Shown: in pieces, positions 47,801 through 56,852 of the stretch
Position numbering within the stretch: the first letter of the stretch is position 1
How the letters are laid out: each line of letters begins with the position of its first letter
Origin: Clostridiales bacterium
Lineage (GTDB): Bacteria > Bacillota > Clostridia > Lachnospirales > Lachnospiraceae
NCBI GenBank assembly: GCA_029338615.1
Contig: JAQYAS010000115.1
Span: 5,640 to 69,639 of the forward strand
Reading direction: 5' to 3'
Length of the DNA: 64,000 nucleotides
Position numbers and translations under genes: made by a program
Notes under the pieces: model-generated
What the model was told of the DNA's origin: nothing
Databases searched by the model: none
Seen by the model: the letters and a program-made list of their open reading frames with translations, nothing else

Positions 47801-49378
47801 TGCAAATAACTGCTTGAAGAAGTTGAACAGTGGCTTGTGACTGTTCGACAGAACTGCAAGCGGTGTGTCAGTACCCATGGCACTGATGGCTTCTGCACCT
47901 TTCTCAGCCATAGGATATATTGTGTTCTTGAAGTCTTCGTAGGTATATCCAAATGCCTTCTGGAGTCTTGCTCTCTCTTCATCTGTATACTCCTGAACTC
48001 TGATGTTCGGGATCTTCAGATCTGCAAGATGTACCAGATTGCTGTCTACCCACTCGCCGTAAGGCTTTGCCAGTGCGTATTTCTCCTTGATCTCCTCATC
48101 TGAGATAAGACGTCCATTCACTGTGTCGACCAGGAGCATCTTGCCTGGTCTGAGTCGATCCTTCTTCACTATCTTGGATGGATCTACGTCCAGAACTCCG
48201 ACCTCCGATGAAAGTACAAGGTAATCATCATCTGTTATATAGTATCTCGATGGTCTCAGACCATTTCTGTCAAGGACTGCTCCCATGAGCTCACCGTCTG
48301 TGAATAATATAGAAGCAGGACCATCCCAAGGCTCCATCATGGTTGCATAATACTGATAAAAATCTTTCTTCTCCTGGCTCATGGCTCTGTCATTCTCCCA
48401 TGGCTCTGGGATTGTGATCATGACTGCCATAGGAAGCGGTATTCCATTGAGCACGAGGAACTCAAGACAGTTGTCAAGTCTTGCTGAATCCGATCCATCC
48501 GGATCAAGAACAGGCATAACCTTGTACATCTCATCCTGCATAATGGTCGACTCCATAGTCTCCTCACGGGCGATCATCTTGTCCTCATTTCCTCTTATGG
48601 TATTGATCTCACCATTGTGGCACAAATATCTGTATGGATGGGCTCTGAGCCATGATGGTGTTGTATTCGTTGAGAATCTTGAATGAACCAGTCCTATTGC
48701 TGACTCATAGTCAGGATCCTGAAGGTCGTTGTAGAACATTCTAAGCTCACCGACGAGGAACATTCCTTTATATACTATGGTCTTGCTTGAAAGTGATGGA
48801 ACATATGTGTCATCATTACTCTCCTCAAATATTCTTCTGACAAAATAGAGCTTTCTATCAAAGTCCATACCTGCCTTCACTGTCTCAGGTCTTCTGATGA
48901 ATGCCTGCATGATACATGGCATAACATCTATTGCCTTCTTGCCAAGAATTCCAGGTGTTGTCGGAACCTCTCTCCAGCAGATGAACTCCAAACCTTCCTT
49001 CTCAACTATGACTTCAAACATCTTCATAGCCTGCTTACGGGGCAGCTCTTTCTGTGGAAAGAAGAACATTCCTATTCCATAATCGCCTTCCTTTCCAAGG
49101 TCATATCCCAGCTCTGCTACAGCCTTGGTGAAGAACTTATGTGATATCTGAAGGAGTATACCTACACCATCTCCGGTCTTACCCTCTGCGTCCTTTCCTG
49201 CTCTGTGCTCAAGATTCTCTACTATCTTGAGGGCATTGTTCACTGTGTCATGTGTCTTGATACCCTTGATATTGACAACAGCACCAATACCACAGTTATC
49301 GTGTTCAAAGCTTGGGTCGTATAATCCGGTATTCTCTGCTCTCTTATTCTCAATCATGTCCTGTTTCGTCCTTTCCAT
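44810..49378 (-). CDS. gltB: glutamate synthase large subunit
   Basis: HDNCGIG, EHRAG, HSRFSTNT, HNGEINT, EPWDGPA, IKMAQGAKPGEGG, CNLDTCPVG, GCEYMTGG. Confidence 0.98.
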   Translation of the reverse strand: MERTKQDMIENKRAENTGLYDPSFEHDNCGIGAVVNIKGIKTHDTVNNALKIVENLEHRAGKDAEGKTGDGVGILLQISHKFFTKAVAELGYDLGKEGDYGIGMFFFPQKELPRKQAMKMFEVIVEKEGLEFICWREVPTTPGILGKKAIDVMPCIMQAFIRRPETVKAGMDFDRKLYFVRRIFEESNDDTYVPSLSSKTIVYKGMFLVGELRMFYNDLQDPDYESAIGLVHSRFSTNTTPSWLRAHPYRYLCHNGEINTIRGNEDKMIAREETMESTIMQDEMYKVMPVLDPDGSDSARLDNCLEFLVLNGIPLPMAVMITIPEPWENDRAMSQEKKDFYQYYATMMEPWDGPASILFTDGELMGAVLDRNGLRPSRYYITDDDYLVLSSEVGVLDVDPSKIVKKDRLRPGKMLLVDTVNGRLISDEEIKEKYALAKPYGEWVDSNLVHLADLKIPNIRVQEYTDEERARLQKAFGYTYEDFKNTIYPMAEKGAEAISAMGTDTPLAVLSNSHKPLFNFFKQLFAQVTNPPIDAIREEVVTSTSVYLGKDGNILEEKPENCHVLKINHPILTNTDLLKIKNMNVPGLKVATLPILYYKNTSMEKALDRLFIEADKLYRDGVNILILSDRGVDENHVAIPSLLAVSAMQKHLVRTKKRTAVAIILESADPRNVHHFATLLGYGACAVNPYLAIETIKQMVDSHLLNKDFNAAVDDYNSAICHGIVKIASKMGVSTIQSYMGSQIFECIGLSKDVVDRYFTNTVSRVGGSGIKELEKTVDDLHSSAFDPLGLNTNLALTSIGAHKFRSGKEEHLYNPVTIHLLQEATRRGDYKLFKQYTAALHDEQKPFHLRGLMDFKFADKPVPLDEVEPASEIVKRFKTGAMSYGSISQEAHECMAIAMNELGGKSNSGEGGESIERLTIGKDGKNRCSAIKQVASGRFGVTSRYLVSAKEIQIKMAQGAKPGEGGHLPGGKVYPWIAKTRLSTPGVSLISPPPHHDIYSIEDLAQLIYDCKNANRDARISVKLVSEAGVGTVAAGVAKAGAQVILISGYDGGTGAAPNNSIHYAGLPWELGLAETHQTLIMNDLRNKVILEADGKLMTGRDVAIAAMLGAEEFGFATAPLVTMGCVMMRVCNLDTCPVGIATQNPELRKRFRGKPEYVKNFMLFIAEELREYMSKLGVRTVDELVGRSDLLTSSDRADERNVILDKIINNPYIDMPQNKVKYHEKNVYDFQLDKTVDMRILMKKLGPALEKGQKKSVELDVVNTDRSVGTIFGSEITKKYGESLEEDTYIVKCNGAGGQSFGAFIPKGLTLELVGDSNDYFGKGLSGGKLIVYPPRSVKFKHEDNIIIGNVALYGATSGKAFINGVAGERFAVRNSGATAVVEGVGDHGCEYMTGGKVVVLGTTGKNFAAGMSGGVAYVLDMGNDLYKRLNKEMISIEAVTDKYEVSELKQLIMDHVNYTNSEIGKRILEDFEGYLPKFKKIIPKDYKKMMNMIVAFEEKGLSREKAAIEAFYKVKNGGK

Positions 49379-49639
49379 GTTTTTGTCATTTACAATGTTT
49401 TTTTGCTTTTAACTTTTGTTTCTCAAGTAAATGTTCTTATTTTTGTGTTTTTCTCAAGTGTTTTATCGTTTTTGATATATTACTACCATTTGTACCGTTT
49501 GTAAACAACTTTTTTCATAGAATTGTCAGATAGTTTTCACCAAGCAAGCAATTGTCATTATTGTGTACTCTTTAAACGTAATTGTGTGTCATTATGTATC
49601 ATTTATTTTGCTGATATCCTTATATCACCCATTTAACAG

Positions 49640-49679
49640 GCAAAAAAATCCCTGACACATATCACACTATGTGCCAGGG
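49640..49679 (-). terminator. terminator after the LCP gene
   Basis: CCCTGACACATA / TATGTGCCAGGG arms followed by a T-run on the minus strand. Confidence 0.75.
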
Positions 49680-49689
49680 CCGTATACTT

Positions 49690-52080
49690 TTATTCTTCTG
49701 TGATCATACCCTTTGGCGGAGTCTTTATTGTTCTAAGATCTCCATCCGAATCTTCAGCACCTGAGATACCATCCCCAGGCTGTTCCGTTGTTATCTTGAC
49801 CGTCTGAGCCTTAATACCTGTCTGAGTTTCCAGAGAGGTGCTTATCTGCTGCACTGTCGATGACACCTTGTAATCGTGGGTTCCATACAAATACTCATGA
49901 AGTGCGGCTACGTTACTGCTCATATCTGCTGCCACAAGGCAATTTCCTTTATCTGCTACATCAGCAGCCTCATATGCAAATGGGAAACCAACCGTATCTG
50001 TAAGTTTATATGAAGCAACACGCTTTGCCAGATCGTGTATATCATTCTTATCAAAGCTTGTTGATATACTCTTGAATGACACATCTATAAATGCATCCAA
50101 AGAACCTGTATCAGCACTTAAGAGTTTACTTATAACCTTCATTAATACAATTCTCTGACGCTCTGTTCTGGTCACATCTCCCAGACCTGTTGATCTTATA
50201 CGTGAATACGCAACAGCCTGCTGTCCATCCAGCGTATAGCTTCCTGCATCTGTTATACCCGCTGAATATTTACCTGATAAACTGATCTGCTCTGCAAGAT
50301 TCTTGTTAAAGTTATTTATTTCTTCACCAGTCACATCAATATCAACACCGCCTACAGCATCAATTATGTCAGCCATAGCATTAAAATCTACTGCAACATA
50401 ATCCGTTATATTAAGATCAAGATTGATATTTAGGGTGTTGATAGCAGTTACTGCTCCACCAAGCTGATACGCATAATTAACTTTCTGTGTATCCTTCGAA
50501 CCACTGGCGATCTCCATCAGCGTATCCCTGTATACAGATACAAGTTTTATCTCCTTTGTACTCTCATTGATGCTTGCTATTATGATACTGTCACTGTTGG
50601 CACCCACATCCAGGTTGGTGTCTCTGGAATCCAGACCATACAAAGCTATAGTTCTATACCCTGATGTTGCATCCTTTACACCATCATTTGTAAGAAGCTG
50701 ATCTGCACTTATTGTATTTATGTTCATCTCACTATATTTCATGCGTGCATAATTCTTAACATATATAACACATATGAGAATGAACAGTATTAACAGTACA
50801 AAAAATGCAATTGCCCACACTTTGGTACTTATCTTGTTTCGTATTCTTTCAGGATTAATAACTTTAGGATCTGCTTCATCCAGAAGATTTTCTCTGAAGA
50901 ACTTCTCGCTGTCGGATTCTTCTTCATCTTCTGGTTCTTCCTCATCATCCTCCAGTTCAACCTCATCAAATCCAAGAGCCTTACCAATATCGCCTAATCC
51001 AAGATCTGCCGTATCTGATTCAGAATAATTGAGCTTGTCTTCATCTATATCTCGCTCTATCCTTTCAAGCTCATCCATATCCAACTTGTCATCTGATCCT
51101 GGGATACTGTCATCTGATTCAGATTCAACTTCCGCATCAGTTCCTTTGTCAGATTCATTTTCTGTTACTTTCTCAGATACATCTCCGGCTATCTCTTTCT
51201 CTGGATTATTTGGATTGGTATTTCTACACTCTTCTATATGAGTCTCAACATTCTCCTCTGCCACTGGCTCCATATCTTCATTATTGACAGCAGCCACTTT
51301 CTCAAGTTCATTTCTTCCTGCCTCTTCCTCTGCTGCTTTTCTCGCACGCTTCTTCTCTTCCTCTTCCTGACGGCGTTTCATCTCCTGCTGCACCCTCTGC
51401 TTACGAGCTTCTTCGCGTGCATTCTGCTCTCTCTCTATCTCAAGTCTCTCAACTTCAGCTTTGGCCTTTGCAACGTTCCTCTGAGTTCTCTCCCAGGCCT
51501 CACGTCTCAACTCTTCATGACGGGTCCGACTATCTTCCTCCAGCACGTTAACTTCCTTTAATAGTGAATCAACCGATCGCACAGGCTTTGTTCTCCTCTG
51601 TGCCACTGTGTTGCCGGAATCACTGACACCTCGTTCCGATCTTGACGAATTACTCTTTCTTATCCGAGTATTCTCATGATAATATTCGTCATATTCTCCT
51701 GCAGTTCCCACCGATGCAGCAGGCTTTCTGACCGTTTTTGTTGATGCTGCCTTCCTTGATACAGCACTTTCACCATCAGGATCCAATTTCACAGGAGTCC
51801 TGTCCTGAGAAGGTTTTCGTCTCCTGGCAGGCTTATCGTCCGCTTTAGGTACAGACGGTCTATCTTCTCTGTCATCTTCTGCAGCCATCTTCTTGCGCTC
51901 TACAGGCTTTTTATTATCTGTTGTTTTTTCAGTTTTTACTTTTTTCTTTTTTTTATTATTTCCAAACAACAATGATCCAAGTAATCCACCATCCTCAAGA
52001 TAGTCATCATCATCGTCCAGCCAATCCATGTCATCATCATATCCGGATGACAATTTGTTCCTGTTATTCTTCTTATCCAT
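49690..52080 (-). CDS. LCP (LytR-CpsA-Psr) family glycopolymer transferase with a very long charged cytoplasmic N-terminus
   Basis: One TM near residue 425; LYGLDSRD, ANSDSII, VSVYRDT, YSRIR, RTERQR. Confidence 0.9.
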   Translation of the reverse strand: MDKKNNRNKLSSGYDDDMDWLDDDDDYLEDGGLLGSLLFGNNKKKKKVKTEKTTDNKKPVERKKMAAEDDREDRPSVPKADDKPARRRKPSQDRTPVKLDPDGESAVSRKAASTKTVRKPAASVGTAGEYDEYYHENTRIRKSNSSRSERGVSDSGNTVAQRRTKPVRSVDSLLKEVNVLEEDSRTRHEELRREAWERTQRNVAKAKAEVERLEIEREQNAREEARKQRVQQEMKRRQEEEEKKRARKAAEEEAGRNELEKVAAVNNEDMEPVAEENVETHIEECRNTNPNNPEKEIAGDVSEKVTENESDKGTDAEVESESDDSIPGSDDKLDMDELERIERDIDEDKLNYSESDTADLGLGDIGKALGFDEVELEDDEEEPEDEEESDSEKFFRENLLDEADPKVINPERIRNKISTKVWAIAFFVLLILFILICVIYVKNYARMKYSEMNINTISADQLLTNDGVKDATSGYRTIALYGLDSRDTNLDVGANSDSIIIASINESTKEIKLVSVYRDTLMEIASGSKDTQKVNYAYQLGGAVTAINTLNINLDLNITDYVAVDFNAMADIIDAVGGVDIDVTGEEINNFNKNLAEQISLSGKYSAGITDAGSYTLDGQQAVAYSRIRSTGLGDVTRTERQRIVLMKVISKLLSADTGSLDAFIDVSFKSISTSFDKNDIHDLAKRVASYKLTDTVGFPFAYEAADVADKGNCLVAADMSSNVAALHEYLYGTHDYKVSSTVQQISTSLETQTGIKAQTVKITTEQPGDGISGAEDSDGDLRTIKTPPKGMITEE

Positions 52081-52191
52081 TGGAACTCCTCTTTTATCTA
52101 AATGCTAAAAATGTCGTTACCTCGCTATATAATACATTATATTGTTTCCTTTTACAACATTTAATATCTAACAAGCTTAATTCTATTTCAT

Positions 52192-52220
52192 TTGACACTG
52201 TCGTTATAAAAAAGTATACT
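52192..52220 (+). promoter_or_regulatory. near-consensus sigmaA promoter for the GT2-pyrophosphorylase genes; divergent LCP promoter at 52157-52129
   Basis: TTGACA-17-TATACT (+); TTGTAA-17-TATTAT (-). Confidence 0.75.
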
Positions 52221-52276
52221 TATAATTATTATGTTTTAATATATTTATATGTATTAAACATTGTAGGAGCAATGAA

Positions 52277-53008
52277 ATGAACACTGATAAACCTATCACA
52301 CTATCCGTGGTTATGCCAGCATACAACGAAGGTCAGCATATCATGGATAATTTATTGACTACAAGCAGAATATTGGGAAGTTTTCTACATCGCTACGAGA
52401 TAATCGCAGTCAATGATGGAAGTTCTGACAACACCGGTCAGCTTATTGCGGAAGCATCCCAGGTTGACAGACATATAATTCCCATCAGTTATGCAGATAA
52501 CCATGGTAAAGGCTATGCCATCACAACTGGAATTAAATCATCCCATGGCATATATATTGCATTCCTGGATTCAGATCTTGAACTTGATCCCCATCTGCTT
52601 AAATCATTTATCAGACAGATGAAAGAAACTGATTCAGATATAGTGATAGGCTCAAAACTACATCCCGAGTCACAACTCAACTATCCTTTATCCAGAAAGA
52701 TTATGAGTTTCGGATATTATATTATCCTGAAGCTTCTTTTCCATCTGAATGTACACGATACGCAGACCGGAATCAAACTTTTTAAATCTGAGATAATCAA
52801 ACCGATTGCCTGCGAATTGACAGTATCCGGGTATGCCTTCGACATCGAGATACTTGCAGCAGCCGGAAAACAGGGATATTCTATCTCAGAGGCTCCTATC
52901 ACACTCAATTACAGCAGAGATGATTCCCATAACAACAGAAGGATCAAACTGCATGACATATGGAAGGTTTTCACCGACACAATATTCATCTGGAAGAAAT
53001 ATCGGTGA
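52277..53008 (+). CDS. glycosyltransferase family 2 (DPM1-like, polyprenyl-phosphate glycosyltransferase type)
   Basis: SVVMPAYNE, NDGSSD, NHGKGYA, FLDSD, DTQTGIKLF, FDIEIL. Confidence 0.9.
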   Translation: MNTDKPITLSVVMPAYNEGQHIMDNLLTTSRILGSFLHRYEIIAVNDGSSDNTGQLIAEASQVDRHIIPISYADNHGKGYAITTGIKSSHGIYIAFLDSDLELDPHLLKSFIRQMKETDSDIVIGSKLHPESQLNYPLSRKIMSFGYYIILKLLFHLNVHDTQTGIKLFKSEIIKPIACELTVSGYAFDIEILAAAGKQGYSISEAPITLNYSRDDSHNNRRIKLHDIWKVFTDTIFIWKKYR

Positions 53009-53072
53009 GATGCACGTATATATTGCGGAGAGAGAATACAGATCAAACTACACATTTACAAGGAGAAAATCT

Positions 53073-54296
53073 ATGAATTATGAAACAGCATACGAACTTT
53101 TAAAAGAAAAAGGACAGCTTCACCTGCTCAAATATTATGATTCTCTTAGTGAGAACGAGAAATCCTCCCTTTTATCTCAGATTGAGGAAATCGACTTCAA
53201 CCTGATAGATATGATCCATTCAGATAACAGTGTCAAGGATTCTGATATAGCACCGGTTGCTGCCTTACAGATGGATTCCATAGCAACCAATCATGACACA
53301 TATATGAATGCCGGCATTCAATCTATCAAGAACGGCGAACTTGCACTTGTACTTCTGGCCGGGGGGCAGGGAACCCGCCTTGGTTTTTCCGGGCCTAAGG
53401 GAACCTTTAACGTGGGCATTACAAAAGATATGTTTATTTTCCAGCTTCTTATAGAGCATACCATGGATATAGTGAATCTTACTGACACATGGATCCATTT
53501 CTTCATTATGACAAATGAAAAGAATCATGATGATACAACCGCTTTTTTCAAAGAGCACAATTATTTTGGATACAACGAATCATATATCCATTTCTTCAAA
53601 CAGGAGATGGTCCCATCAGTTGACTTCAACGGCAAGATATACCTTGAGGAGAAGGGCCGCGTAGCTATGTCTCCAAATGGCAACGGAGGCTGGTTCTCTT
53701 CACTATGTAAAGCAAACCATCTCGAAACTCTTCAGAAGCACAACATCAAATATATAAATGTATTTTCAGTAGACAACGTTTTACAGAGAATCGCAGACCC
53801 GGTATTTCTTGGAGCCATTATTACCGAAGGTTTCTTGTCCGGAGGCAAAGTTGTAAAAAAAGCTTATCCTGATGAAAAAGTCGGGGTTCTCTGTACTAAC
53901 CATGGCAAGCCATATATTGTGGAATACTATGAACTCACAGATGAAATGCGTGATGAGCGCGATGCCAACGGCGACTATGCATACAACTATGGTGTAACGC
54001 TTAATTATATCTTCCCTGTCGACAGGCTGATGAAGATAATGAACGAGAGCATGCCTCTTCACATTGTCAAGAAAGCTATCCCATATGTTGATGACAACGG
54101 ACTTATTGTAAAACCGTCAGAGCCTAATGGCTACAAATTTGAAACACTCGCACTGGATATGATCGCCTACATGGGAACATGTCTTCCATTTGAAGTTGAT
54201 CGCGAGAAGGAATTTGCGCCTATAAAAAATGCCACCGGCAATGACTCTATTGACTCTGCAAGAGAACTTCTCAAGAAAAACGGCTATACATTATAA
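53073..54296 (+). CDS. UDPGP-family (eukaryote UAP-like) UDP-N-acetylhexosamine/UDP-sugar pyrophosphorylase
   Basis: LLAGGQGTRLG.SGPKG, SPNGNGG, VDNVL, EKVG, VEYYE, YKFETL, REKEFAPIKNA; ATG after AGGAG. Confidence 0.88.
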   Translation: MNYETAYELLKEKGQLHLLKYYDSLSENEKSSLLSQIEEIDFNLIDMIHSDNSVKDSDIAPVAALQMDSIATNHDTYMNAGIQSIKNGELALVLLAGGQGTRLGFSGPKGTFNVGITKDMFIFQLLIEHTMDIVNLTDTWIHFFIMTNEKNHDDTTAFFKEHNYFGYNESYIHFFKQEMVPSVDFNGKIYLEEKGRVAMSPNGNGGWFSSLCKANHLETLQKHNIKYINVFSVDNVLQRIADPVFLGAIITEGFLSGGKVVKKAYPDEKVGVLCTNHGKPYIVEYYELTDEMRDERDANGDYAYNYGVTLNYIFPVDRLMKIMNESMPLHIVKKAIPYVDDNGLIVKPSEPNGYKFETLALDMIAYMGTCLPFEVDREKEFAPIKNATGNDSIDSARELLKKNGYTL

Positions 54297-54302
54297 GGAT
54301 TA

Positions 54303-54351
54303 AAAAAGCAGATATGGAGCAAATTTTAAGTTCACTCCATATCTGCTTTTT
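54303..54351. terminator. bidirectional terminator
   Basis: 17-bp arms AAAAAGCAGATATGGAG / CTCCATATCTGCTTTTT. Confidence 0.88.
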
Positions 54352-54544
54352 ATTTGTCCTGTTCTGATTTTTTTACTATCTCTTCTATAGCCTCTCTTAC
54401 AAGTTCCGACATCGACACCTGTCTTGAAGCCGCAAATTCACTCAGCTTTTTATGAGTCTCTGTATCGATTCTCAATCTGAGTATCGTATCCTTTCTCTTA
54501 TCTGTCGGCCTGCCAGGTCCTCTCTTCATATTCTCTTCAGCCAT
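54350..54544 (-). CDS. small ribbon-helix-helix (CopG-like) DNA-binding protein
   Basis: 64 aa; KRGPGRP, then TILRLRI strand, ETHKKLSEFA helix, VSMSELVREAIEE helix; GGAG RBS. Confidence 0.72.
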   Translation of the reverse strand: MAEENMKRGPGRPTDKRKDTILRLRIDTETHKKLSEFAASRQVSMSELVREAIEEIVKKSEQDK

Positions 54545-54590
54545 CTTCTTTTCTCCGATTATTGAACACCAGCTCATTATAGCTGCCTTA

Positions 54591-55337
54591 TTATAAAAAA
54601 TATTTTATGACACCATTTACCGCATAACATGCAAAATATATACAGCTTTTTAGAAATCCATATCCCATCTTTCTATATACCGCAAATGTCTTATGTGCGG
54701 ATGACAGCTTTGAACCTGATTTACTGTTTCTCATCTGTCTGTACAAAATAAGCGGCTCATTAACTGCCACAGAATAACCACATTCTCTCAGGATCTGTAA
54801 CCAGCATATATAATCCTCATGTATATCATCGTTCCCCATAGGATGGTTTATGATAGTATCTCTTTCCACTAGTACAGATGAACAATTGATGACATTACCA
54901 CGGAGCAGCTTTTTGTATGTTATGCGTTCCGGAACCTCTATAACCTTTCCAGTCCTTGTCCCATCCTCAGTTATCAGCTCCCTCGCAGTGGAACACAACA
55001 CAGCCCCCGTCTCTTTCATAAGGGATAGCTGTTTTTCCAACTTGCCATTCATCCATATATCATCTGCATCAAGGAATGCTATATACTTTCCTGACGCAGA
55101 TTTGACTCCCAGGTTGCGGGATTTTGCAACTCCGAGATTGGATTCATTTCTTAGTATATGGATTCTTTCATCATCTTTATATTGTTTCAAAGCTTTCTTT
55201 ATATCATCCTGTGAACAATCATCTACTATAATTACCTCAACCGGTACTTTCTGCTCCAGTACTGATCTTACTGCCTGACCAATCGTTTCACTGCTATTAT
55301 ATGCCGGTATTACTACCGATATCTTCTCATCAGTCAT
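54591..55337 (-). CDS. glycosyltransferase family 2
   Basis: ISVVIPAYNS, IVDDCS, GVAKSRN, FLDADD, EDY..W. Confidence 0.92.
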   Translation of the reverse strand: MTDEKISVVIPAYNSSETIGQAVRSVLEQKVPVEVIIVDDCSQDDIKKALKQYKDDERIHILRNESNLGVAKSRNLGVKSASGKYIAFLDADDIWMNGKLEKQLSLMKETGAVLCSTARELITEDGTRTGKVIEVPERITYKKLLRGNVINCSSVLVERDTIINHPMGNDDIHEDYICWLQILRECGYSVAVNEPLILYRQMRNSKSGSKLSSAHKTFAVYRKMGYGFLKSCIYFACYAVNGVIKYFL

Positions 55338-55362
55338 ATTCTTCACCTGTATTTGATCCTTC

Positions 55363-56850
55363 TTATTGCTGTTTGCCATTCAACGAAGTTGATTTTGACA
55401 AATCATAAAAATCATCTTCTGACTCATCAAGTCCTTCAGGCTTAACATTTACCGGTGCAGGAATCTGAACCTTTTCGCCATCTCTGAGCGCTGTGGTCAT
55501 GTTGGATGCCACCCCCTCTGATGTCTCCTTCTGGAACATTATCTTCACTGTGAGAAGCATCAACTTGAGATCAAGCCATATAGAATACTGCTCATAATAT
55601 GTCAGATCCAGCTTTACCTTATCTCTAGGTGTCGTATTATACTTACCGTATACCTGAGCATATCCAGTAAGACCGGCTTTCATCTTGAGTCTGTAATCAA
55701 ACTCAGGAAATGTTTTCTTATATAACTCAGCTATCTCTGGTCTCTCAGGTCTAGGTCCAACGAGTGACATATCTCCCTTAAGTACGTTAAAGAGCTGCGG
55801 AAGCTCATCAAGATGAAGTTTTCTGAGGACTTTGCCAACAGGTGTTATTCTGTCATCATCCTTCTTTGCAAGCTGGGCACCATGCTCCTCTGAATCCATT
55901 TTCATGCTTCTGAACTTTATTATCTTGAACACCTTTCCGTTGAGTGTCAATCTTTCCTGCTTATAGAATACAGGACCTCTGTCGTACAGCCATATAGCAA
56001 GGGCTGATATAAGCATAAACGGAGATGCTATTATCAGCAATATAACTCCACACACAATATCCATGATTCTCTTGATGATCATATCATCACCAGTGAGTCC
56101 CTGATTACGTGACAGTAAAATAGGTGTGTCAAATAAATGGATCGGTTCAGCACCGAGAATTATTATATCTGACAGTTTCGGCACAACATAAGACCTGATC
56201 GAGTGCTCAAAACAATACTTCACAAGTTCATTTCTTATATATGCCTTTGTCTCACATATGATTACTCCATCATACTTGAGTATCTTATCCTTGATCGCCT
56301 GCTCGCCCTCGCTGACATGTATTCTGTCTTCTATTACATACTTGTCCTTACGGGCATTGATCTTGTCTATGAACTCCATCGGAGTCTTATATCCATATAC
56401 CAACAGCAGATGCCTTGGCGGATACATCTTCGCATACAAAAATCTGCACGCAAATATCCAAAGCAATATCACTATTGTTTCAAGCCCGGTTACCTTTAAC
56501 AATGGTACCGGATTTACATAGTCACGACAGATTATACAGAGCTGCAGGTAACCAACTACATTAGCACACACGAGAGCCAGCAGCTGCGAGTAAACTATAT
56601 CAAGCAGTCTGAAGAATCCGACTCTGTAACCACCATAAAGCTTGGTGAAAAGTATGATGATGATTCCATACATTCCGATAACTGCCCAGTTTCCTCTTCT
56701 CCAGAACGGAAGCGTAAGCGTTACCTCATAGTCCCGGTACCACATGAGTCCAAACAGTACCAGCTCCGCTGCGATGAGTACACATGCCTCACCCACTGTT
56801 ATGAGACGTTTGTATCTGTCCCTCTTTCTAACTCTTCTGTTTTCTTCCAT
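55363..56850 (-). CDS. priming (polyprenyl-phosphate) sugar transferase, WcaJ/CpsE family
   Basis: Four N-terminal TMs; KRIMDI, GPVFYKQER, KFRSM, LDELPQLFNVLKGDMSLVGPRPERP, GLTGYAQV, DLKLMLLTV. Confidence 0.93.
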   Translation of the reverse strand: MEENRRVRKRDRYKRLITVGEACVLIAAELVLFGLMWYRDYEVTLTLPFWRRGNWAVIGMYGIIIILFTKLYGGYRVGFFRLLDIVYSQLLALVCANVVGYLQLCIICRDYVNPVPLLKVTGLETIVILLWIFACRFLYAKMYPPRHLLLVYGYKTPMEFIDKINARKDKYVIEDRIHVSEGEQAIKDKILKYDGVIICETKAYIRNELVKYCFEHSIRSYVVPKLSDIIILGAEPIHLFDTPILLSRNQGLTGDDMIIKRIMDIVCGVILLIIASPFMLISALAIWLYDRGPVFYKQERLTLNGKVFKIIKFRSMKMDSEEHGAQLAKKDDDRITPVGKVLRKLHLDELPQLFNVLKGDMSLVGPRPERPEIAELYKKTFPEFDYRLKMKAGLTGYAQVYGKYNTTPRDKVKLDLTYYEQYSIWLDLKLMLLTVKIMFQKETSEGVASNMTTALRDGEKVQIPAPVNVKPEGLDESEDDFYDLSKSTSLNGKQQ

Positions 56851-56852
56851 AA

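Noticed and set aside
43001-49613. 13-bp inverted repeat CAGCAAAATAAAT / ATTTATTTTGCTG flanking gltBD like transposon ends
   Set aside because: Short and AT-rich, does not extend outward, has no target duplication or transposase, and the cargo is core metabolism; chance is plausible.
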